From: Tubiluchus corallicola
Lineage: Eukaryota > Animalia > Priapulida
NCBI GenBank assembly: GCA_030141605.1
Contig: JAQGDQ010001440.1
Coordinates: forward strand, 1 to 41,091
Length of the DNA stretch: 41,091 nt
Direction: 5' to 3'
The notes under the pieces are model-generated. The model was not told the origin of the DNA. It saw only the letters and a list, made by a program, of their open reading frames with translations, and did no database searches. Positions 23,946 through 36,002 of this stretch are shown here, piece after piece (the stretch's first letter is position 1; each line of letters begins with the position of its first letter). The position numbers and the translations under genes are program-made.

Positions 23946-24012
23946 ATTTTATTCTCATGCTGCGATGTTCTTTTATGCTTTTATAGTTGTGAATATCGAT
24001 TTTTAATTTGTA

Positions 24013-24180
24013 GATGTAGATTTTCTAGTTTGCCATTTTATCAAAATTTTTAGTCTATTGTTATTGGTTTAAATCAAAATAACTATTAACATATCAAATA
24101 ACTGTAAGTTTTAAAATTTTATTAATTTTAAAGGCAGAAAATATTCTCGTATCCCACGGGATACAACGGGTATGAAAGGG
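24013..24180 (+). mobile_element. piggyBac-type MITE, right-end fragment
   Basis: Matches ~10060-10226 and ends TGAAAGGG|TTAA. Confidence 0.88.
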
Positions 24181-24644
24181 TTAACTCAGATTCTCGTGAT
24201 AGTACGAAAATTTGTTCAATTGGTTTAGGTCATCGATCGACCTTGGTGCCTTAATATCATCATTAACGTTACTGTCAATTATGGAAATTTTGACACAGGA
24301 ATTTTGATCGAAAGTAGTGCATGCAAAAAAGCCTGGAAAACCCTGGATTTGAACCAGTAGCCTTGGTTTACAAGTACAGTGCCATGACAGCTAGTATGCA
24401 TAGCCCGTGTGATGCGTTTATCTGGTTTATTTCATTATTTCACAAGCATTGTTTGAAATTGTGGTTAAACAATGGAGTTAGCCTGTTTTGCTTAGACATG
24501 GTAAAAATAGCATTTTGTGAGCAAACCTGAGATTTTTAAATTGTAATTGATCAAACAACGTCAACGCCACACTGCGCGAAGATGTGCCATGTTGCTGTAG
24601 CAAAAGTTCTTTATGGTTTCTCCCTTACACACAGTGGTACAGGG

Positions 24645-24937
24645 TCGTACGTAAGAAGACCGAAGAGAAGAAAATGGGTGTGGTGGAGATGAGGATGTTG
24701 AGATAGATGGTGGGAATAACAAGAAGAGATAAAATTAGAAATAATAATATCAGAGGAACAGTAAAAGTAGTGGAAGCCTCGCAAGATTGCGATGGTATGG
24801 AGACCTGAAAAGAAGAGTCGGTGAAGATCATGTGGGAAGGGAAGACATAAATGAAGAGATGGTCAACAACAGGAATGCGTGGAGAAGACTCATTCACAAC
24901 GGCGACCCCGCATAGGGAAAAGCTGGGAAGGAGAAGA
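24645..24937 (+). mobile_element. RTE-clade LINE 3' fragment
   Basis: EEKKMGVVEMRMLR*MVGITRRDKIRNNNIRGTVKV...RLRWYG...WRRLIHNGDP, the typical RTE C-terminal region, with deletions. Confidence 0.85.
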
Positions 24938-25029
24938 TCTGTGTTAAAATGTACACATTTTACTGTACTTCAAAATGGGGGTAGAATGTGAAAACTCATG
25001 CGGTTTTGTCCTAAGTTGAATCAAAGTTT

Positions 25030-25912
25030 CTCAAAAGAAAAGATGCGCCATATTACTTGTTTGAAACTCAGTATAAAATGAAACATTTTCCCAAAATTTC
25101 CACCAAGTTCTAATCCTCTCAAAAGAAAAGATGCGCCATATTACTTGTTTGAAACTCAGTATAAAATGAAACCTTTTCCCAAAATTTCCACCAAGTTCTA
25201 ATTCTCTCAACAGAAAAGATGCGCCATATTACTTGTTTGAAACTCAGTATAAAATGAAACCTTTTCCCAAAATTTCCACCAAGTTCTAATCCTCTCAACA
25301 GAAAAGATGCGCCATATTACTTGTTTGAAACTCAGTATAAAATGAAACCTTTTCCCAAAATTTCCACCAAGTTCTAATTCTCTCAACAGAAAAGATGCGC
25401 CATATTACTTGTTTGAAACTCAGTATAAAACGAAACCTTTTCCCAAAATTTCCACCAAGTTCTAATTCTCTCAACAGAAAAGATGCGCCATATTACTTGT
25501 TTGAAACTCAGTATAAAATGAAACCTTTTCCCAAAATTTCCACCAAGTTCTAATTCTCTCAACAGAAAAGATGCGCCATATTACTTGTTTGAAACTCAGT
25601 ATAAAATGAAACCTTTTCCCAAAATTTCCACCAAGTTCTAATTCTCTCAACAGAAAAGATGCGCCATATTACTTGTTTGAAACTCAGTATAAAATGAAAC
25701 CTTTTCTCAAAATTTCCACCAAGTTCTAATTCTCTCAACAGAAAAGATGCGCCATATTACTTGTTTGAAACTCAGTATAAAATGAAACCTTTTCCCAAAA
25801 TTTCCCGCAAGTTCTAATCCTCTCAACAGAAAAGATGCGCCATATTACTTGTTTGAAACTCAGTATAAAACGAAACATTTTCCCAAAATTTCCCGCAAGT
25901 TCTAATCCTCTC
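25030..25912. repeat. 88-bp minisatellite, ~10 copies
   Basis: agatgcgccatattacttg at 25041, 25129, 25217 and onward. Confidence 0.97.
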
Positions 25913-26389
25913 AGTTCGACTAGCTTATCACTTTCTGTCAGCTTAAACTTTGACTAAGCAAATGATTCGCATTACTGCCCTCTTGTGGCAAATCTGTGAG
26001 AACAATTCGTGCAAAAGGCAAAATTGACGAAGTTGAAACCGTCAGAAATTCGAGTGCCTTTTTTTGCTGATTATGCCCTTTGAAAGCATAATCTCTTCTA
26101 ATAGACGGATTACCGTCTCAGTAAACCTCACGTTTCTAACGAGATTTGTAAAATCACGTAAAGCCCGTTTCACACAGAAGACGCGCGGCAAATTTCCTCG
26201 TGAAAAACTGTTTAGTCCCATTTCACAGTGCGGACCCCATTTCTCCTTGCGTCCTCACTGTAAAAAAAGGTGTTCACGAGATTCCCTTCGAAAATGGAAT
26301 ATTTTGGTTTGTTAAGCTCATTTCACACCTCAATTTTCATTATAGTTTTTTCGTGAGAAATTTTGCTGTCAACTAGAAGCTAGGCGTTC

Positions 26390-26551
26390 AAGTAAGTGAG
26401 TGAGTGAGTGAGTGAGTGAGTGAGTGAGTGAGCAAGTAAGCAAGCAAGTAAGAAAATGGATGAGTGAGTGAGTCGGTAAGTAAGTAAGAAAGTAAGTAGG
26501 TAAGTAAGTAAGTAGGTAAGTATGTAGGTAAGTAAGTAGGTAAGTAAGTAG

Positions 26552-26595
<44 letters not shown>

Positions 26596-26953
26596 GCAAG
26601 TAAGTAAGTAAGTAAGTACGTAAGTAAGTAAGTAAGTAAACAAGAAAGTAAGTAAGTAAGTAAACAAGAAAGTAAGTCAGTAAGCAAGTAAGCAAGCAAG
26701 CAAGCAAGTAAGAAACTAGCAAGTAAGTAAGCAAGTAAGCAAGCAAGTAAGTAGGTAAGTAGGTAGGTAGGTAGGTAGGTAGGTAGGTAGGTAGGTAGGT
26801 AGGTAGGTATCAAGCAATCAAGCAAGCAAGTACGTTAGTAAGTATGTACGCAAGCAAGCAAGCAAACAGTAAGCCAGAAAACAAGAAAGTAAGTAAGTAA
26901 GTAATTAAGTAAGTTAGTAAGTCAGTAAGTAAACAAGCAAGTAAACAAGCAAG
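26390..26953. repeat. Compound tetranucleotide microsatellite (GAGT/AAGT/AAGC/AGGT)n
   Basis: Directly visible. Confidence 0.96.
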
Positions 26954-27440
26954 TCTGCAGGTCGACGACACTAGCGCTGTCACATCCCAGAACTGGTGTT
27001 ATTATTATTGACTTCCCAATCGCAGTAATATTACATGAAATGTGATTGTTGGTGAGTCGGTTTATACACCAGAAAACTGCTGAAGACAGACAGATGGACA
27101 GACAAACACAAGTGCAAACAGAATGCGCTTACTACACATTAATGTATGACGACTAAAACAAGTTTGCAATAGCAATTAAGCACAACTAAGCCCCATCACC
27201 ACTAAGCCACTAACCAAATGCCCTGGAAGGAAGCCAGGTGGCTCAAAATTGACAATCAACTACTTGGCTTCTTTTCGTAACGTTTTCCACGACTCGTCAC
27301 AATGATAAAATAAACGATTTCCATAAAGCAGACAGATTAAGCACAAGTTAAGAGGGCTTAGTAGTGGATTAAGACCGGATTAGTTCGCATGAAGCCCAAA
27401 GTGCGCGAAAACACTTAACATTCAGTGATTTATGCTTAGG

Positions 27441-27645
27441 ACGGATCATGTGGCGGATCACGGGGAGAATCAAGCGGCGGATCACGAGGTGAATCAAGCG
27501 GCGGATCACGGGGAGAATCAAGCGGCGGATCACGGGGTGAATCAAGCGGCGGATCACGAGGTGAATCAAGCGGCGGATCACGGGGAGAATCAAGCGGCGG
27601 ATCACGGGGTGAATCAAAGCGGTATCACGTGACGGATCACGTGAA
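27441..27645. repeat. 24-bp GC-rich minisatellite (gcggatcacg[g/a]gg[a/t]gaatcaagcg), ~7-8 copies
   Basis: Directly visible. Confidence 0.92.
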
Positions 27646-27668
27646 TTAGAACTTCTGTCTAAGGGTGT

Positions 27669-28094
27669 TGTGAAAGTCATGTTTGAAGTTGTTGTTCACT
27701 CACTTTGTTATGATTGAGTTTAGGCACAGAAGTATGAACAAGAATAAAAAATCTATAATACATATTTGCACTGCACACAACAGAAAAGTGTTTATTAAAA
27801 CTACAGACACCTGAGTAGCTTGACTGCTGCATTGAACACTGAGAGTTAGAGAGAGAGACACATGAGTAGCATGACTGCTGCACTGGACTGAGAGTGAGAG
27901 TGACTAGAAAGTAAAAACAGTCAGTATATATAGGTATAGGTGACCTATACAGACTTGCAAAGGCTTCACAACAACCATTACTTTAAAATAGGGAGAGGAC
28001 CAGTGTGTATGCATTCACTGGACCATACAATTATACTGGGGGTAAGTCAGCTGGTAGAATGTAACAGGATTATCCAATAGATGGCAGCACCACA
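27669..28094 (-). mobile_element. Solo LTR, copy 3 (426 bp, divergent subfamily)
   Basis: tgtgaaagtcatgt...tagatggcagcaccaca; 5-bp TSD GGTGT (27664-68 and 28095-99). Confidence 0.88.
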
Positions 28095-28106
28095 GGTGTG
28101 TATCAA

Positions 28107-28360
28107 CAGGCGTACGAGGCAGAGGGTCTGGGGGGTGGGGGGGGGGCGTTTGCCCCCTATGGTGCAAATGAATTGCGCAAATAATTCTGTTTTAAAATTT
28201 CACTGTTATCTACAAACGCTGCGAAACGGTCATCGCTGGAGTTTAAATAGAAACGTTTTATACAGCGTTACTGCTGACTCAAGCTCTGTATGCAATAAGA
28301 CAGATAAAATTTTAAGACGTACGTTTTAGCTTTGTGTCAGTAAAAGAGTTTTTGTGCTTT
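28107..28360 (+). mobile_element. Probable DNA-transposon left end carrying repeat family B
   Basis: caggcgtacg...G-rich...ttgccccct resembles hAT-type MITE termini and is followed by the family B core. Confidence 0.45.
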
Positions 28361-28689
28361 AAGTGTTCAGGTGCCGATTACGGTAACGGCACTGCCTTTG
28401 AAAATGTGGCACAGTTACCTGGCGTGTGTAGCCTAGCCGTACGGGGCGGGGAAGGGGGGGGGGGTGAGGGGGCGTGGCAAAGGAATTGAGGGCAAAAGCT
28501 GGTTATTTTCAAGGCAAATAATTCTGCTTAAAATTTTCAGAATTTAAGCTTTTATTATTCAAAATTTATTTAAGTACTGTATTACGTTTGTAGTGGTTGA
28601 AGTTAAACTGTTTCGTGAATGACGGTTTGTTTTTACAGGAAGACGGGATGATTTTTCATAAACTACCCCATTTTCAAGTCCGATGAAAG

Positions 28690-28875
28690 TATACATTTTA
28701 ACACAATTAATATTGCAAAAGCGTTTCTCATAATTACATAATAAATTAAAAACTTAATGAACGGCGGGCGAGCTCAGCTATTGACGACGTCACAAACTAA
28801 CATAATTTTCAACACCAAAAATATTTCACGAGCGAGTTGCACGTGTTTGCGAAAGCGAAAATTTAGGTACAGTGC
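28690..28875 (+). repeat. Dispersed repeat family C, partial
   Basis: Matches 33880-34060 (aacggcggg.gag...ctattga.gac.tcacaaac...ttgcacgtgtttgcgaaag). Confidence 0.85.
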
Positions 28876-28904
28876 ATCAGTGTGAGTAACATCACAAACT
28901 AAAA

Positions 28905-28976
28905 TTGTTGCTGCTCCTGCTGTTGGTGCTGCAGTTGTTGTTGCAGTTGTTGCTGCTGCTGTGGTGCTGCTGCTGC

Positions 28977-29046
<70 letters not shown>

Positions 29047-29048
29047 GC
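28905..29048. repeat. (TGC)/(TTG)n microsatellite
   Basis: Directly visible. Confidence 0.95.
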
Positions 29049-29577
29049 TACATGGCGGTTTCTTTCTTTCTTCTTCTGATTTTCCATTTTTTCTTCATAC
29101 TTAATATTTTTCTTTCCTTAGTACAGTTACTTCATCTTACGCATCTGCATTTGCTATAAGTACGGATTTAAAGTATTTTACGAAGTTAAATACGGATTAA
29201 TACGGATTTTTTTGCACGTTTAAACATTTCCAAGATGTTTTACCTCTCATTGTACAATTCAGCGAGGGAAGCCGATTAAACTTGCTACTTTGAAACGTGA
29301 AGTAAAGCATGGCGACTTTCTCACGTAGTTTGGCGTCATTACAAAAACTTGCGTGACTTGGATAAGGGTAAATTAAGTCAGATTTTTCCCGCAAACAGGC
29401 TTTATAACAAGGTAGTCAAGTACTCGAGGGAATGAAAGGATTGTAGCACAACGTCTTGTGCATTAAGTAAACAGACCGGACTCTGTTTTAAAGCAAAACC
29501 GGATCCAATCTTAAACTGTAGATCAAAACAATCTACTCATTAAAATTTTGAAAGGAATTTTGTTTAAGTCTTTCAAA

Positions 29578-30257
29578 GAGTTTAGCACAAGGTTGCACTT
29601 TGAGGCTACCATAGTTTAGCGTAAGGTTGTACTTTGAGGCTACCATAGTTTAGCGCAAGGTTGCACTTTGAGGCTACCATAGTTTATCGTTAGATTGCTC
29701 GTTGAGGCTACCATAGTTTGGCATAAGGTTGCACGTTGAGGCTACTATAGTTTATCGTAAAGTTGCACGTTGAGGCTACCATAATTTAGCGTAAAGTTGC
29801 ACGTTGAGGCTACCATAGTTTAGCGTAAGGTTGCACTTTGAGGCTACCATAGTTTACCGTAAGGTTGCACATTGAGGCATAGTTTAGCGTAAGGTTGCAC
29901 ATTGAGGTTTCCATAGTTTAGCGTAAGGTTGCACATTGAGGCTTCCATAGTTTAGCGTAAGGTTGCACATTGAGGCTACCATAGTTTAGCGTAAGGTTGC
30001 ACATTGAGGCTTCCGTAGTTTAGCGTAAGGTTGCACATTGAGGCTTCCATAGTTTAGCGTAAGGTTGCACATTGAGGCTACCATAGTTTAGCCTAAGGTT
30101 GCACATTGAGGCTTCCATAGTTTAGCCTAAGGTTGCACATTGAGGCTTCCATAGTTTAGCCTAAGGTTGCACATTGAGGCTTCCATAGTTTAGCCTAAGG
30201 TTGCACATTGAGGCTTCCATAGTTTAGCCTAAGGTTGCACATTGACGCTACCATAGT
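29578..30257. repeat. 34-bp minisatellite, ~20 copies
   Basis: agtttagc[g/c]taaggttgcacattgaggct[a/t]ccat head-to-tail. Confidence 0.97.
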
Positions 30258-30817
30258 AACTATCATTCTCACATCGTATCCTCTTCTTTTCTCGTTTTAG
30301 CAACTACATTTTTTACATATTCCATTTCTGCATACTTTTTCTATATAGATTCTTCTCCTTTTTTCTATTTCAGATTCTGCAGTACTTACAAGCTATTATA
30401 AGCTTCTCGAATTGCTGCAGTTGTATAATCATTAATAGATACTAATTGTTATCATTATACCTGTTAGCATGAACTAAAATTATGCAATCATGTACATTAT
30501 ATGTATGTAAAAGGTATGTTACTATGATATACTATTGATGTGAAATAAACTAATTGAAAATTTAAAAATTGGAAATTGGTATATAATTGTGTATGGAAAG
30601 TTTTGGGGCATGTAATTTAAATTCTCTTTGAATCCCTTTTGAAACTGTTCAGAGCTAAAAGCAAAATCTGACCCAATCATTAATTGTAGGTCAACACAAT
30701 CTACTCTTTAAAATGTACAAAACAATCCCAAACTACTCCAAAACAATCTACTTTACACTATTTTTTTCAAAAATGACTTGCGTGAAAGAATTATTACCAC
30801 ACAAACACAATTTCACG

Positions 30818-31265
30818 TTCGCGCCACTAGTTCTTCACTGTTACATGCATTTCATCATTCGCTAGTTAGACGGACACTAGCGCCTGTATGTTGGAAACGC
30901 ATTGCACAAAAAACAGGTGCTGTACCTCTCAGTTCAGATGTGTTAGTTTGTGATAGACCGCACACATTCGACAACCCATGCGTGAGTAAAGCTGTACATT
31001 TAAAATTTGTATTTTTATCTCAAAACTTGCCTAGTTTTAGTACAACACATTGAATCCCTTACAGCAGCGCTGAACTTCAATTTTTGCTTTCACAAACACG
31101 TGCAAAATGCTCGTGGAATATTTTTGCTGCTGAATTATTATGTTAGTTTGTGATGTCATCAATAGTTGGGCTCGCCCGCCATTAATTAAGTTTTTAATCT
31201 ACGGTTTAATTATCAGAAACGCTTTTGCAGTATTAATTGTGTTAAAATGTATACTTTTTAATGGG
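30818..31265 (-). repeat. Dispersed repeat family C, inverted copy
   Basis: ORFs 30778(+) and 34127(-) share TSSSLL.AFHHSLVRRTLAP..W.R.AQKTGAVPL.S. Confidence 0.88.
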
Positions 31266-31745
31266 GTAGGTAAATTAAAAAATCATCTTGTGTTATTTTA
31301 ACTTCACCTGCTAAGCGCCCACCGTGACCACTCAACCATGACGTCACCCAAAAGAACGAAAGGCTAAAATAAGTTTAAAAACGTTTAAAATAACAACGAA
31401 TAGCATCGAGTGGATGTGAAGAAGGCAACGGCAAAAACTAAGATGGCGACACCAACGAACCTTAATCGTTGCAATAATAACAACTTGATCGTGGTCTGTT
31501 TTTTTCACTTTTGTCTAACAAAACTTGGCTTCTTTCATTAGGAAATCGCTTTCTTGCTTTCCTATTCATCACCAGGCTCAGCTAATCTACCTCATCTCTC
31601 GGGAGAATCTATGTGTTTCCTCTTTGTCTTGAGTCTTTATATCTTTGCAATACATGGCAAATCGTCAAATAACAGAGACTGACTGATTCTTTTTTATGAA
31701 GTCATAATATGATATAAAGTACACATCTTCTGTTGGTGGGTTTGC

Positions 31746-32143
31746 ATGACAACAACGATGATAACGACCACGACGAGAATGATGATGACGATGATGATAA
31801 TGATGGTAATGATGATGATAGTGATGATGAGGATGATGATGATAATGATGGCGATGATGATGACGATGTTGATAATGATGGTGATAATGATGATGAAGAA
31901 GAAGAAGATGATGAGGAAGAAGAAGAAGATGAAGAAGAAAAATGTTGTGAAGCGTGTTTATAAGTAAAATATATTATTATTATTATTATAATGATAATGA
32001 TGATGATCATCATCATCGTCGTCGTCATCATCATCCTCATCATCATCATCACCATCATCATCATCGTCGTCGTCATCGTCATCATCATCATCATCAGCAG
32101 CAGCAGCAGCAGCATCACCATCATCATCATCATCATTATTATT
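31746..32143. repeat. Compound trinucleotide tracts (GAT)n,(GAA)n and (ATT)n,(CAT)n,(CAG)n
   Basis: Directly visible. Confidence 0.95.
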
Positions 32144-33080
32144 GGCCAAAATGCAGCTACAGTGAAGGCCATAAATGAAAATTTTTCATCAATTTTTATT
32201 GGCAAACCTTTTATTTTCCATCCTACGTTGTAATTCAACAATTGTGCGCAATAAGTACCAGCCCAGCTTAATTTATGCAAGACTTAAATTAGTTGTTAAA
32301 ATCCATACCAAAACTGTGACGCCTTTTAGAGGACTGCTACACTTGTTAAACAGCCGATAACGTTCAACAAAGCTAAGCAGAATCTTTTAGAATGTAGCTA
32401 AGTTTATTTGTTAGTTAAAAATTTACATCTAAAAAGATTAATAAACTGAAATATAAGTTATTATTTAATAAAGTAACTTACATTGTTCTCGTGTTTCTGT
32501 TCAAAAAGTGTTCACTGTTCACTTCACTGTTCACTCCTTCTGTTCAAAAAATGTTCACTGTTCACTCCCTCTGTTCACTGCACTGAATTTCATTTGAATA
32601 ACAATGATCATAAACACAGAAAATATTTTTAATATTCCACAAATCTTGACAAATCTGACACAATCTTTATTCAATATTTCAGTTAAGCCCAAAATTTCGT
32701 TAAAAATCAGTAAGGTTTCCACGCTTGCGACTCGACGAATCCTCTTCGTATGAGCGTTGATAACACAGCAGCATTAATAATATTCTCACTTTTCCTACAC
32801 GAAGCCAGTGACAAATGTGAACCACTGATGCGTTAAACTGGTGAAGCCTCGCTTTTCCTACTGCACATGCGCAGAAACTGACTTGGAAACTTTCCCTGGC
32901 AAAAACGATTTGTTCTTTGCTATTAAGCTCGAACTGACGTGATCACCTGTTTACACGCAGAGAATGGTATTGTCATGAAATTTGAAGCAAATTTTAAAAG
33001 GAAACACATTTGCGCTTACCGCATTGGTGTGAAGCAGGCCTTATATAATTGCACCATTTACACTAGTTATTGAGCAATCA

Positions 33081-33705
33081 TACTTTTGTATAACTAATAG
33101 GATAACGTACATTGATAATTGTTTCTGTTATCGCTTCTGTACTCTGTGGGTTTTGTATATTTCAATTTTAAATATTAACTAATGAATTACTTGTGTTTTT
33201 GAACTTACTATCTATATTATATCACAAGAATATATTATAATAATACTTTTGTATAACTAATAGGATGATCTACGTTGATAATTGTTTCTAGTATCGCTTC
33301 TGTACTCTGTGGGTTTTGTATATTTCAATTTTAAATGTTAACTAATGAATTACTTGTGTTTTTGAACTAACTATCTATATTATATCACAAGAATATATTA
33401 TAATAATACTTTTGTATAACTAATAGGATGATGTACATTGATAATTGTTTCTGGTATCGCTTCTGTACTCTGTGGGGTTTGAATATTTCAATTTTAAATA
33501 TTAACTAATGAATTACTCCTGTTTTTGAACTAACTATCTATATTATATCACAAGAATATATTATAATAATACTTTTGTATAACTAATAGGATGATCTACA
33601 TTGATAATTGTTTCTGGTATAGCTTCCGTACTCTGCGGGTTTTGTATATTTCAATTGTAAGTGTTAACCAATGAATTACTTGTGTTTTTGAACTTACTAT
33701 CTATG
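33081..33705. repeat. 163-bp tandem repeat, ~3.8 copies
   Basis: tacttttgtataactaataggat at 33081, 33244, 33407 and 33570. Confidence 0.95.
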
Positions 33706-33874
33706 TAACTATATTCTTGGTAACACACATATATATATATATATATTTGTATATATATTAACTAAAATGTATTTGTTACACAGTGGAAAAACTCCAATCA
33801 GCAATATTACTGTATGTTAATATACTTAAAGGAAGATAGGATCATTTTCACATACTTTCCTAGTCATATGAAAA

Positions 33875-34306
33875 GTTTACATTTTAACACGATTAATGCT
33901 GTAAAAACGTTTCTGATAATTAAATAATAGATTAAACACTTAATTAACGGCGGGTGAGTCCAACTATTGATGACATCACAAACCAATATAATTTTCAACA
34001 GCTAAAATATTCTACGAGCGTGTTGCACGTGTTTGCGAAAGTGAAAATTGAAGTACAGTGCGTAAGATATTCAGTGTGTTGTACTAAAACTAAGCAAGTT
34101 TTAAGATAAAAATTCTAACTTCGAATTTACCGCTGTGCACACGCATGAGCTGTAGAACATGTGTACAGTTCGTCGCAAACGAACAGCTCTGAATTGAGAG
34201 GTACAGCACCAGTTTTTTGTGCAACGCGTCTCCAAAATTCAGGCGCCAGCGTCCGTCTAACTAGCGAATGGTGAAATGCACATAACAGCGAAGAACTAGT
34301 GACGCG
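33875..34306 (+). repeat. Dispersed repeat family C
   Basis: See 30818-31265. Confidence 0.88.
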
Positions 34307-34371
34307 GAAAGGTGGAGGCAGTGCGTTAAGTTTGAGAGGTAACAACGAGTTGTGAGACGTTTAGGTTCACA

Positions 34372-34532
34372 TAATAGTAATAATTACTATTATCGTTATC
34401 GTTATCGTTATCGTTATCGTTATCGTTATCGTTATCGTTATCGTTATCGTTATCATTATCATTATCATTGTTATCATCATCATCATCATTATCATCATCA
34501 ACAACAACATCAACATCATCATCATCATCATT

Positions 34533-34579
<47 letters not shown>

Positions 34580-34585
34580 TATCAT
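34372..34585. repeat. (TTATCG)n grading into (ATC)n
   Basis: Directly visible. Confidence 0.95.
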
Positions 34586-35230
34586 AGGCTAGTATTAGCA
34601 AATTCTATGACATCGCGGAGGAGCTCCGGCTAGTAATTCACACTAAGCACAAACTAGTGCACAATTAATTAAAGTCCACGTAAAGCCATTGAAGTTACTG
34701 AACTGATGCAGCAAACCGCTTTGCTTTACACACACGTCACGCGACTGTTGTAGCTAAGATGCGACTAGTTTTAAGTTGGTGTTCATCGCTGTTACGGTTG
34801 TCTGACTTTGCATAACCTCCTCTGTCTATTGGAGAAGGCAGTCGCTTGTCTACGAAAACTTTCGGAGTGATTCAGAGCATCTCGTGTTAATTTCAAGGAA
34901 GCTGAGGAAGAGGATAAGTTTTCACCATTAGTGTGAAAGATCAAGATATCAATTACGCTAAAACGTCTTGTTTAAATTAGAAACATCGTGCCCTATATTT
35001 CTTATTGCTTGACCAGAGGAAGAATTAAAGTTGACTTGAAATGAATAGAAGGTAAGAATTGGGAAAGAAAAAAAGATTAAAAAAGAAGAAAGCAAAGAAA
35101 AGTCAGGGGAAAAACCACAATAAAGAGTACAAACGTATGAGGTAAAGAAGAATAAAGAAGATGAGAAAGAAGGGGAAATTTTAATGGAAAGAACAAGTCA
35201 CTCGGTATGTTGGGTTTATTTTACTGTTAT

Positions 35231-35300
35231 CAGGGAGGAAGAGAGGGCGTTCTTGTTGTCTGGGCAACTCAGGATCTCCATACACCTTGCCCAGGCGTGC
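35231..35300 (+). mobile_element. Internal fragment of the 5S-headed SINE family
   Basis: Reverse complement of ~37466-37536 (tctggg..actcaggatctccatacaccttgcccaggcgtg). Confidence 0.8.
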
Positions 35301-35514
35301 ACTTATAAGCAATAATACGCGAACATCCAACATAGTGCTCGTTTATAACGCAAAGCCAGCAGCAGCTTTTACTGAATTAAAGTTATAAGCTTATAGACAG
35401 AGTGTAATGGATGACGTCAGAACAATGGCTTTGCGTCAGCAGTTTTCTAAGCGAAAATTGCTGAAAATAGAACATCTAATTAACTCGTCAGTACTCCTCT
35501 TGATGGACGTGTAC

Positions 35515-36002
35515 TAAAATATAGCCCACGTCATCGTGTAGCGCTGTTCTTCCTCTTTCTAAAGGGCCATATATCTCCTTCCGAGAGTCCCACCAGGCGC
35601 CGCTAGAACGTTTTTCCGCATGCTGTTTGGTCAAAATTTCGAAAAGATCGCGAGTTTTGTCCGGGAGAACGCCCTTACGGGACGCTATGGCCCTCTCGCG
35701 AATTCTAAACACGCCTATGACACCCACCGTTGAACGGGCTATCTATCCATACCCAGCACCGCCCTCGGCCCGTTCCCGTTCTTCAGATCTCAGCCGTATA
35801 ACTTTTGCAAAATCAGCCGAAAAATGGCCATTTTTGGAGGTTTTTCGCCCCCCGTTCCTCCCGGTGGGCCCGATTCGAAAAATAAACCCGCAATGGCACG
35901 ACACTAGATCGAGACCTTTCGTTTGATGTATAGATCGCTGCAAATGGTGCCGTCGTCGAAGCTGTAGCCTCGAATCTTATATATATATATACCAGTAGAC
36001 GA
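35515..36002 (-). mobile_element. Helitron-like non-autonomous element
   Basis: The minus strand starts A|TC...TATATATATAAG and ends with a short hairpin (cacg-atga-cgtg) then ggctatattTTAG|T; the canonical end is CTAG. A second partial copy is at 18349. Repeat status is firm; the class is inferred. Confidence 0.5.

Noticed and set aside
24335-24395. tRNA gene (also 20703-20757)
   Set aside because: Only B-box-like remnants and no complete cloverleaf; at most SINE debris.
27432-27632. QAADHGEN repeat protein
   Set aside because: A 24-bp minisatellite with no supporting exon structure.
31439-31520. AAGATGGCG start/YY1-like motif as the first exon of another gene
   Set aside because: The ORF closes after about 25 codons without a good donor; similar motifs occur at ~717 and ~13300.
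30818-34306. Composite transposon bounded by family C inverted repeats
   Set aside because: No TSD or transposase, and a third independent copy is at 28690.
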